Source: Cyanophora paradoxa CCMP329
Taxonomy: Eukaryota > Plantae > Glaucophyta
NCBI GenBank assembly: GCA_004431415.1
Contig: QPMI01000059.1
Coordinates: 1-64,000 of the forward strand
Length of the DNA stretch: 64,000 nucleotides
Direction of reading: 5' to 3'
Shown: positions 48,901 through 59,500 of the stretch, one piece after another
How positions within the stretch are numbered: position 1 is the first letter of the stretch
Layout: each line of letters opens with the position of its first letter
Notes under the pieces: generated by a model
What the model saw: the letters and a program-made list of their open reading frames with translations, nothing else
What the model was told of the DNA's origin: nothing
Databases searched by the model: none
Translations under genes and position numbers: made by a program

Positions 48901-50387
48901 CACAGGGTGCGATGCTCCGCCCTTCGCTAAGCGTCCGCCCCGCCCGGCCCGGCCCGGCCCGGCCCGGCCGGGCCGGGCCGGCCGGGGCCGCCCGCCCGCG
49001 CCATGCCAGCGCCCGCGGCCGCGTCCTGGCGTGACTCACCGTGGCACGTCCGCGTCCGCCCGCAGGCATCGTCAGACCCGCCGCGTGGCACGCCGCGAAC
49101 TTCGTGGTGCGCACTCGTACCCCCCGCCTCTCTTCCACCCCCCGCCCAGTAACGGCGTACCCCCCCCCCGCAGGTGAACGGGCTGTTCAACATGTCGACC
49201 ATCACCCTCTTCGTTCTCATCGCGTTCCCCCTCTGCGGCTTCCGGCTCGAGGAGGGGTACAGCCCCTTTCGCCATCGGTTTGGGCCATTCCCAACGACCC
49301 CGAACCGCCCCGGAACCGCCGCAGGCGGCTGGGGTACGCGATCGTCCTCATGTGCGTCTGGACGCTCTTCGTGACGTCATTCACCGAGTACCTCGCCATG
49401 GCCCTCCCGGTACCCCCCGTCTCTTCCTATCCTGTACCCCCTCCTTTCGGGCGAGCGGGCGGGGCGGGGGCGGCAGGTGGCGCCCGTGGCGATGTCGATT
49501 GGGGCCACGGCCCTCGCCCTGGGGGCCTTCTTCGCGGGATTCATGGTACCCCCACCCACCCCCCTACCCCCCCAGCCCTTCCGTTCCCTCTGGTCGACGC
49601 TGACGGGGCGGGGGGGGCAGATCCCGGCGCCGGACATCCCGGCCGCCTGGAGCTGGCTATACTACATCCTCTGGTTCAAGTGCGCCGCTAATAGAAACCT
49701 TAGAATAAATTGTATCGAACCTTATAGGAAACTGTATAGAAAAGTTATAGAAACCAAACTTATTGCTCACATCCCCGACATCCTATGGTTCAAGTGCGCC
49801 GCTTATATCAGGGCCTCGGATTCGCCACATCCTTCAGTAGAATGAACCTTACAGAGCCTTATAGAAACCTTATAGATAGATACCTTATATAGAGGCCTGC
49901 AGCTGCGGCTTTAGGCGGGGCCGGCCTAACAGACTTCCCTCGCGCTCTCTCTCTTTCGCAGGTACCCCCTGGAGGGACTGGCCGGCAACGAGCTCGGGGG
50001 CCTGATCCTCCCCGACTGCCCGCCCCCGTGCGCCCGTCCCTGTCCCTGGATTTATTTATGGGCAGCTAGATTCTTCGATCCAGCTCCCCGGCCCGGGCCA
50101 GCCCGGCGGGCCGGGCGCGGCCTTCTCGGGATGGGGCCGGGCTCTCATAGTCTGGCAGACAGGAAACCTTGTAGAAACCTTAAGCTTACTCCCCGGGCCG
50201 GACGCCTGGTCTGCGCAGGCAAGCGTCCCGGGGGCTGTGCGCCCCCGACGGGGACGCGATGCTGGCCCGGTACGGCCTGGACGCCGGCCGCCGCTGGCAG
50301 AACGTGGGCGTCCTCCTCGCCTACCTCGCGTTCTTCGAGCTGCTGAAGGCCCACGCCCTCCGCCGCATCACCTGGCTCCGCCGCTGA
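33926..50387 (+). CDS. Patatin-like (catalytically degenerate) domain fused to a full-size ABCG/PDR-type transporter (NBD1-TMD1-NBD2-TMD2), dozens of exons
   Basis: Patatin part: RVLSIDGGGAEG, HELFDVVTGTGMGSL, VFPAYDL, RNPAVFAHAEAARLFP, LLMLSIGAG. NBD1: VLGSAFSGKT, VFVAQED, ISGGEKRRLTVA, LLDQPTDGLD, SLLQPSWELYDQFD. NBD2: LTALMGSSGAGKTTLLDALAGRK, YVEQFD, GIPVEMRKRTCIAMEL, LFLDEPTTGLDS, TVHQPS, NPADFIIE. TMD motifs LPPWWRWAPY and IPAAWSWLYY..KYPLEGLAGNEL. TGA at 50385-50387. The ABCG identity is firm; the fusion is less so. Confidence 0.8.
39338..39504. repeat. Five tandem copies of a 27-bp palindrome (35-bp period) inside an ABCG intron
   Basis: TCGGGATCGACGG-G-CCGTCGATCCCGA separated by an invariant CGGGGCTT; copies start at 39338, 39373, 39408, 39443, 39478. 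Confidence 0.93.
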
Positions 50388-52849
50388 CGCCCGCGGCCGG
50401 CGGGATCGACGGCTTCGGCGTCGGGATCGACGGCCCGTCGATCCCGAACGTCGCGATCGGTTGGTTCGATCCCGAACGTCGCGTCATCTCCGCTGACGTC
50501 CCCGCCCCGCCCCCAACCCGGCGGCCTTCGGATTCCCCGAGTCTACCGCCCACGCCCCCCCTCGGGACCTCGCCCCCATCCCTCGGGCTCGCTTTGATTC
50601 CTTCCGGCCGCTGAGCGAGAGCGGCCGGTCCGGGCCTCCTCGCCCTCTTCGCAACCGCCTTCCCCTCCGCCCCGGCCGGGCCCCACGTGCACCCCGGCCC
50701 ACGTGCACCGCGGGCATTTAATTTATCGCACGTTCTGCATTGTTCCATCCCTGTATATTTATCTTACTTATCGTGCTGTACATGCGATCCGCCTGATATA
50801 TAGCAGGCGCATGCACCCATTCGGGGCGGCGTTCAACGTTAACGGGTCGACCGTAAGGAGCTGCAGGCTTGCAGCCGGTGTTTGTTTTCTCCTGCGGGTA
50901 CGCGTACGCGTGCTGTACCGTAATGTACGTCGCGATAAATCTCCGAATCCATAATTTCCATGGCATGCATATGGTCCAGCATGGACGCGTGCTGACTGCC
51001 GCGATCGATGTCGAAACCGAATAATTAAGGCGGTCCCCGACGTTGAATGGATTCCGAAGTTCGACCATTGCATGCTGGTTAAATAAATACGGCTTCTTCG
51101 CTGCGGGAGCCGGAGAGCTGTGATAACGCAGAAGCCGGCCGCGGCGGGAGTGAGCTCGACGCTTTAACGTTAACGCCGCTGTTGCTGCTAAATCTAGAGG
51201 CGGGTTTGATTGCAATTGGGGGATTTCGCGGTCGGCCTGAGCTCGAAGGCGGCATCTGCGAGGCCGTCCGAGCCTGCATAAGCATATAAGCATTTGTATA
51301 AATCGGTCAGACATTGATACATGTGCCGTGGTGTATCAATGCGACGTCCACTTTTGCAAAAAAAAAATTTGTATAAATCGGTCAGCAATCATATGATGAT
51401 TACAAAGTAAGCTTGAAGCAGTCTTCCATCTGTTTGCTTGCAATTGCCTTCAAAGATCGATCAACTGCAACCTCGCCCTGCTTCTCCGATCCAAGCTTGA
51501 TGTGAAGCCCGCGGCCTGCAGTCGAGGCGCCGAAGTCCGACTTGCACAGCCGGCGCCCACGGGCGCGTCCCGCGTGGCTGATTTCGAACTCGAATTCGAG
51601 GCTACGATCTTCGATTCGGATCCGGAACTTCGATTGTGAACAGCGGAGGTCATTGCAAGTGGCGGGTCGACGTCGACGTCGACGTCGCGATCGGCTGCAG
51701 CTGCGCATGCACACGCGCGCGCGAACTCACATCAGGCGGCCCGGCGGGGTCTGCGCAACAAATCCCTTCAAAGTTATAATTGATGTTTAATTTCACCCGT
51801 CGCGATCGCGTCCTTATATAATTAGGCAACTTGTACATAAACGTTTGCGGTTTTGTCGCTGGCCATGGGCGGGAAGGTGGAATTTGAATTTCTGACGTCA
51901 TTCGAAGAAACGGGGCCCTGGCCTGCAGCTGCGACTAGTACTACGGTACTTGGAGCTGCCCGCCGATCGCGACGCCGCCGATGGAGCCTGATCGTGAGGC
52001 CTACAGGTGCGCAGCGCCGATCGAATGCGCTGGCGCCGCAGCAGAGGACATCGATGGCGTCGAAGTCGGTGGAGGTCTGCTGGCCATGGGGACCACTGTT
52101 GCAGCACGCGCAGCAGCAGCTGGCGGCGCCGGCGCCATCACGGCGTCCTCGGATTGGAACCGAGGATGCCTGGGCGATTGTTCGAAGCTCCAACTCGACC
52201 GCTTAATTTCCGCTTTAATTCGCTTAATTTCCGCTATTCCGAGCAGGAGACGGACGCGCGTTCCAACGCAGTGTGCGCCAGCGTATATGCTGGCGCTACC
52301 GTAGTACGCGACCGCTTTCTTCCTAATATGCGTCGTTGTCGCCGTCAACTTTGCCGTCGCGCGTTGCCAACAATGCCAAGTCGCTGACATGTACAGTCGG
52401 CCAATTTGGTGACTCAATCGAGTCAGTCAGACACTCATGACTCAGCGTCATGAGTCATGATCGATATGACTAGTACTCAGTGACGACTCTCACTGACGAG
52501 TCACTGACGACGATATCAGATCTAGATCTAGACCCTCTGACTTCGGCTGTCAGTGGCGACTCAGTGCACGTGCCAACGTACTACGGTACTGGCAAGCCTT
52601 GAAGGTGACCGTCGCCGGTCCGTCGGACAAGTCCTGAGTCCTGAGTCCTGACTCCCCGAGCCTATAGGCTATAGCTAGCGGTATATATAGCACATAATAC
52701 TGTGCATACAGACTCCAGTAGTAGTACTACGGTTACTACGGTTACTACGGTAGCAGGCGCGCGGAAGTCTAGATCTGGCGCCGGCGCATCGCCGCGCATG
52801 GCAGGCCGGGCCTCAGTGGCCTGATCATGAATATAATTCAATATATACT

Positions 52850-53295
52850 AGTATCGCCGCAAGCTGCACGGTCTGTACTGGTAGGCTAGCGCTGTAGCCT
52901 GTAGGCTGTAGCCTGTAAGTTGCTGTAACCCCCGGGGCCCGGCGCGGCGGGCCCGCAAGCATATGAAACCGTTGAACTTTGCGCATGCGCATGCTAGGCA
53001 TTGCTAGCCAGGGTAGTAGGCTAGTACTAGTAGCCCCCCGGGCCCGCGGCCCGGCGCCGGGGCCGGCGGCCCCCGCTATACGGTCTATACCTTGGTACTA
53101 GCCTAGTAGGTTGGTAGCCTAGCCTATATGCATACTTCAGGATTGCTTAAATTGCGGAATTCGACTGATTGCTTAAATTGCCGCGTAGTTAAATTGCCGC
53201 GTAGTTTTGAAGCGTTTTGGCTGCGGACCTGCGGTACATACCACAGGCTACAGCGCTAGCCTACCAGTACAGACCGTGCAGCTTGCGGCGATACT
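52850..53295. repeat. Perfect 53-bp inverted repeat with a 340-bp spacer
   Basis: 52850-52902 (AGTATCGCCGCAAGCTGCACGGTCTGTACTGGTAGGCTAGCGCTGTAGCCTGT) is the exact reverse complement of 53243-53295. Confidence 0.9.
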
Positions 53296-53788
53296 GCAAC
53301 GGGCCGGAGGGGTACATACAGTTTCTTAGCGTTTCGATATTAATGCTGTACGTATACCAAATTAATGCGTTTTCGTTGCATGCAGAAAACGCATTAATTA
53401 GGTACCACATTAATTAAGTGCGGGCATTAATAAAGTGCTTACGATAAGCCTATAAGCATGCACTGTGGCAATGCAGCGGCATATGCTGCGATGATATGCA
53501 TGCTGCCATGGCCAATGCCTGCCATATGGGGGCGCCGGCGCCGGCAGGGTTGGCAACTTGCTGCCAAATTAAAGTTAACGTTGCATGCTGGCACTGCGGC
53601 AACGTTAACGTGCTGCCAGCACAGCTACAGGCTGCACTGCGCACTGCGCAGTCTGCAGCTGCAGCCTGCAGCTGCCAGCCGCGCTGCCTGCCGCAGTGCG
53701 CATGCATGCTGGTTGGCTGACCAGGGCCTGACCCTGCATTTGACTGGTAGCTGACTAAGAACCAATCAGAAGTCATGGAATAATAAAA

Positions 53789-56354
53789 CAAGATCCGTGC
53801 TCCTGCGGAGCACTAAGTACGGCGAAGCCTCGCGGACGCCCTCGCGGCTGTCACAGTAGGCCTATAGGGCACTGGCCAGCGGCCTGGCCGATCGCGAACA
53901 GCTTTCTGGTTGGAAGCTGGCCGGCTGACGGCCAGTCCAGCTACCGCTGGCCGGCTAGAGGAATATAACTAGAGGAATATTAATGTACTGAGGAAATAAA
54001 GGGAGGCCGGAGCAGGTTGAGATTAGAGGAGATGAATTATATATAATATTGTTGAGAGGGAGGCCCGGGAGGGGCAAGGTTCTCGCGGCCAGGCGCATGC
54101 ACAGAGCTTGCGAATCGCTTAAACAGAATCTTGAATGCATATAGCTATAGCATCGATGTGCGGGGCTGCGGAGCTCGAGGCGAGGGCGCGCGGAAAGATG
54201 TGCAGGTCCATGCAGGATCGAATTTTCGGGGTCGGCTGGGTCCTCGCGGCCCGTCGCATACGCAAAGCGTGCGGAAGACTTTGCCTACATCTTAAATGCT
54301 TATGCTATCGTTCCGCGCATGCGCCGCGGCGTGGGCGCGCGGAAAGATGTCAGGGCGCGTGCAGGATCGAATTTTGGCCGTCGGGTACCTTCCTGCGCTG
54401 TTCCGGCTCCGAAAAGCGGATTTCGGGGGTGCGCAGGCCCTGCTATGTCCATGCGCGCCAGTACGCATCGATTGCGCGCGTCGCGGGACCGGGCGGGACC
54501 GGCTAGCGCTGGATCAAATTTTCGGCCGACTCTTCGCACTGGAGCGTCGACGGCGCTTGAAATCGAGCTTGCGGCGATGCGCTCGCCCTCGCGCGGCATT
54601 CTGTATCGTTCTGGGGCGTCCCTGGCGCGATTTCGTCGCGGGACCGGGCGGGACCGGGTCCCACCTTCTGACTCGGACTGCATTTGTCGGAGGTTAAGTA
54701 CCGGAATTGATCCAGAGGGAAATTCGATTTTCGCGCGACGCCCACGGGCGAGCGGTCGTCTTAGGGGAGCCACGACGCTAAAAATGGATCTAGAGAGGTC
54801 TGTGGGGGTTAGGGTAGCTGAGTCATTAGCGGCAATCGCGTCCGTGTCGAGGCAGAATTAATAATTCGTCCTCGAGGGAGTGCGACGCGGAAATTATTTA
54901 GCAGGGGGATCTTGAGTGGAAAAAAGGTTAAAAAAGGAATTTATATCGGCGGTTTTTGGGTTTGAGACAAGATCCGTGCTCCTGCGGAGCACTAAGTACG
55001 GCGAAGCCTCGCGGACGCCCTCGCGGCTGTCACAGTAGGAGGCCAGCTGGACCCGGCCCGCCCAGCTGCATGGCCGGGTTTCGCCGGCTTGGCACCGGCC
55101 ATGGGCTGGCCCGCTTTAGCCAGCTCGAGGGAGAGCTGGCTGGCCAGAGAGCAATGTAATGAGGAGAGGGAATATATAATTAACTAGGGGAGACCGGAGT
55201 TGAACCGGTAACGCTTGCTTTTAACTGGTGGAGCAGATTGAGAGGAGATTAACTATATAATATTGTTGGGAGGGAGGCCGCCGGGCCTGGGAGGGGCGAG
55301 GTTCTCGCGGCCAGGCGCATGCACAGAGCTTGGGAATCGCTTAAACAGAATCTAGAATGCATATAGCATCGATGTGCAGGGGTGCGGAGGCAAGGGCACA
55401 CGGAAAGCTTTGCAGGCCTGGCCAGGATCGAATTTTCGGGGTCGGCTGGATTCTCGCGCCCTGTCGCATCTCTAGAGTTCGCGAAAAGCTTGACAAAGAT
55501 CTCAAACTACTGTTGTAGGGATGCGCACGCGTGAGGATGCGAGGGCGCGCGGAAAGCTGTGCAGGTCCGTCCAGGATCGAATTTTCGGCGTCGGCTGGGT
55601 CCTCGCGGCCCGGCGCATTTAGAGACCGTGCGGAATGCTTTGTCTACATCTCAAATGCTTATGCTATCGTTCCGCGCATGCGCCGCGGCGTTGGCGCGCG
55701 GAAAGCTGTCCAGGTTTGTGCAGGATCGAATTTTTGATGTCCGGTACCTTCTTGCGCTATTCCGGCTCCGAAAAGCAGATTTCGGGGGTGCGCAGGCCCT
55801 GCTATGTCTATGCGCGCCAGTACGCATCGAATGCGCGCCTCGCGGAACCGGCCGGAACCGGCCGGATCAAATTTTCGGCCTACTGTTCGGACTGGAGCGT
55901 TGACGGCGCCCGAAATCGAGCTTGCGTCGATGCGCTCGCCCTCGCCCGTCACTCTTTATCGTTCTGGGGCGTCCCTGGCGCGATTTCGTCGCGGGACCGG
56001 GCGGGACCGGGTCCCACCTTCTGACCTGGACTGCATTTGTCGGAGGTTAAGGACCGGATTTGATCCAGAGGGAAATTTGATATTCGCGCGACGCCCACGG
56101 GGGAGCGGTCGTCTTAGGGGAGCCAGGACGCTAAAAATGGATCTAGAGAGGTGTGTGGGGGTTAGGGTAGCTGAGTCATTAGCGGCAATCGTGACCGTGT
56201 CGAGGCAGAATTAATAATTCTGCCTCGAGGGAGTGCGACACGGAAATTATTTATCAGGGGGGATCTCGAGTGGAAAAAAAGGTTAAAAAAGGAATTTATA
56301 TCGGCGGTTTTTGGGTTTGAGAAAGAGGCTTCGCCTGAAAGAGGCTTCGCCTGA
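53789..56354 (-). mobile_element. Non-autonomous Helentron/Helitron2-like element, dimer (E3; halves join at 54967/54968)
   Basis: Same termini as E1 and E2 (CAAGATCCGTGCTCCTGCGGAGCAC ... GAGGCTTCGCCTGAAAGAGGCTTCGCCTGA on plus). The left half is almost identical to the E1 halves; the right half is a different variant. Confidence 0.85.
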
Positions 56355-56550
56355 TGGAGCAGGCGGAAAATATTTATAGTTTTTTGTTTTAGTGAATTAC
56401 TGATGGAGTAGTCTCCCGAGTAGATCGCCCAAAAACTATAGCTAGTACTTTTAATTAGTACTATAAGTTAAATATGCAGCATACTAAATATTTCCGACGG
56501 TAACTTGGCAGTAAGTACTAAGTAATGCGCGCACTCAAGTAATGCATATG

Positions 56551-59500
56551 TAGGGGTGCGGCTTGCCGGCCAAAAAGTCGGCTTAAGCCAAGCCAAGCCC
56601 CGGGCGCTCGCGGTCAAGCCAAGCCAAGCCGGTCGAGTGGCCGGCCCAAGGGCTTGGGCTCCCGGCGGGGTCAAGCCCTTGGCCGGGCTTGCGGCAAGCC
56701 GAGGGGGGGTACTCTTTCGCAGGCCCTTAGCGCCGCCGCAAAATCAGGCGAAGCCTCTTTCAGGCCAAGCCTCTTTCTCAAACCCAAAAACCGACGATCT
56801 AAATTCCTTTTTTAACCTTTTTTTCCACTCGAGATCCCCCCTGCTAAATAATTTCCGTGTCGCACTCCCTCGAGGCAGAATTATTAATTTTGCCTCGACA
56901 CAGACGCGATTGCTGCTAGTCACACAGCCACCCGAACCCCCACAGACCTCTCTAGAGCCAATTTTAGCGTCCTGGCTCCCCTAAGACGACCGCTCTCCCG
57001 TGGGCGTCGCGCGAATATCGAATATTCCTCTGGATCAATTCCGGTTCTTAACCTCCGACAAATCCAGTCCGAGTCAGAAGGTGGGACCCGGTCCCGCCCG
57101 GTCCCGCGACAAAATCGCGCCAGGAACGCCCCAGAACGATACAGAATGACGCGCGAGGGCGAGCGCATCGCCGCAAACCCGATTTCGCGCGCCGTCGACG
57201 CTCCAGTGCGAAGAGTCGGCCGAAAATTTGATCCGGCCGGTTCCGGCCGGTCCCGCGACGCGCGCAATCGATGCGTACGGGCGCGCATAGACATAGCAGC
57301 GCCTGCGCACCCCCGAAATCCGCTTTTCGGAGCCGGAAGAGCGCAGGAAGGTACCCGACGGCAAAAATTCGATCCTAGACAGGCCCGGAGATCTTTCCGC
57401 GCGCCCGCGCCGCGGCGCATGCGCGGAACGATAGCATAAGCATTTGAGATGTAGAAGAAGCCTTCCGCACGGTCTCTAAATGCGCCGGGCCGCGAGGACC
57501 CAGCCGACCCCGGAAATTCGATCCTGGACGGACCTGCACAACTTTCCGCGCGCCCTCGCATCCTCACGCGAGCGCATCGCTACAATTTTCAGTTGACTCC
57601 TTTTTAAAGCTTTTCGCAAGCTCTGCAGGCGCGACAGGGCACGAGAACCCAGCCGACGCAAAAATTCGATCCTGGACATACCCGACGGCAAGAATTCGAT
57701 CCTAGACAGGCCCGGAGATCTTTCCGCGCGCCCACGCCGCGGCGCATGCGCGGAACGATAGCATATGCATTTTAGATGTAGAAGAAGACTTCCGCACGGT
57801 CTCTAAATGCACCAGGCCGCGAGGACCCAGCCGACCCCGAAAATTCGATCCTGTACGGACCTGAACATCTTTCCGCACGCCCTCGCATTCTCGCGCATGC
57901 GCATCGCTACAATATTCATTTGAGATTTTATCAAAGCCTTCCACAAGCTTCGAAGACGCGAAAGAGCACGAGAACCCAGCCGACGGCAAAAATTCGATCC
58001 TGCACGGACCCGGACATCTTTCCGCGCGCCCACGCCGCGGCGCATGCGCGGAACAATAGCATAAGCATTTGAGATGTAGGCAAAGACTTCCGCACGCTTT
58101 GCGTATGCGCCGAGCCGCGAGGACCCAGCCGACCCCGAAAATTCGATCCTGTACGTATACGGACCTGCACAGCTTTCCGCGCGCCCTCGCATCCTCGCGC
58201 GTGCGCATCGCTACAATAGTAATTTGAGATCTTTGTTAAGCTTTTCGCGAGCTCCGAGGACGCGACAGGGCGCGAGAATCCAGCCGACCCCGAAAATTCG
58301 ATCCTGCATGGACCTGCACGTCTTTCCGCGCGCCCTCGCCTCCGCAGCCCCGCACATCGATGCTATATACATTCGATCGCGAGATTCTGTTTAAGCGATT
58401 CGCAAGCTCTGTGCATGCGCCTGGCCGCGAGAACCTCGCCCTCCCGGGCCTCCTTCCAACAATATTATAATTAATCTCTTCTCAATCTGCTCCACCCTTT
58501 AGTTCCTCAGTAAATTAATATTCCTCTAGCCGGCCAGCGCTAGCTGGACTGGCCGTCAGCCAGCCAGCTTCCAGCCAGCTGCAGAAAGCTGTTCGCGATC
58601 GGCCAGGCCGCTGGCCAGTCGCTGAGTGCCCTATATATATAGGCCTACTGTAACAGCGGCGAGGGCGTCCGCGAGGCTTCGCCGTACTTAGTGCTCCGCA
58701 GGAGCACGGATCTTGTCTCAAACCCAAAAACCGACGATCTAAATTCCTTTTTTAACCTTTTTTTCCACTCGAGATCCCCCCTGCTAAATAATTTCCGTGT
58801 CGCACTCCCTCGAGGCAGAATTATTAATTTTGCCTCGACACAGACGCGATTGCTGCTAGTCACACAGCCACCCGAACCCCCACAGACCTCTCTAGAGCCA
58901 ATTTTAGCGTCCTGGCTCCCTAAGACGACCGCTCTCCCGTGGGCGTCGCGCGAATATCGAATATTCCTCTGGATCAATTCCGGTTCTTAACCTCCGACAA
59001 ATCCAGTCCGAGTCAGAAGGTGGGACCCGGTCCCGCCCGGTCCCGCGACAAAATCGCGCCAGGAACGCCCCAGAACGATACAGAATGACGCGCGAGGGCG
59101 AGCGCATCGCCGCAAACCCGATTTCGCGCGCCGTCGACGCTCCAGTGCGAAGAGTCGGCCGAAAATTTGATCCGGCCGGTTCCGGCCGGTCCCGCGACGC
59201 GCGCAATCGATGCGTACGGGCGCGCATAGACATAGCAGCGCCTGCGCACCCCCGAAATCCGCTTTTCGGAGCCGGAAGAGCGCAGGAAGGTACCCGACGG
59301 CAAAAATTCGATCCTAGACAGGCCCGGAGATCTTTCCGCGCGCCCGCGCCGCGGCGCATGCGCGGAACGATAGTATAAGCATTTGAGATGTAGAAGAAGC
59401 CTTCCGCACGGTCTCTAAATGCGCCGGGCCGCGAGGACCCAGCCGACCCCGAAAATTCGATCCTGGACAGATCTGCGCATCTTTCCGTGCGCCCTCGCAT

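Noticed and set aside
50718-52417. Possible minus-strand gene downstream of the ABCG gene
   Set aside because: There are some intron-like signals and ORF pieces, but no recognisable domain, and I could not build a consistent exon chain.
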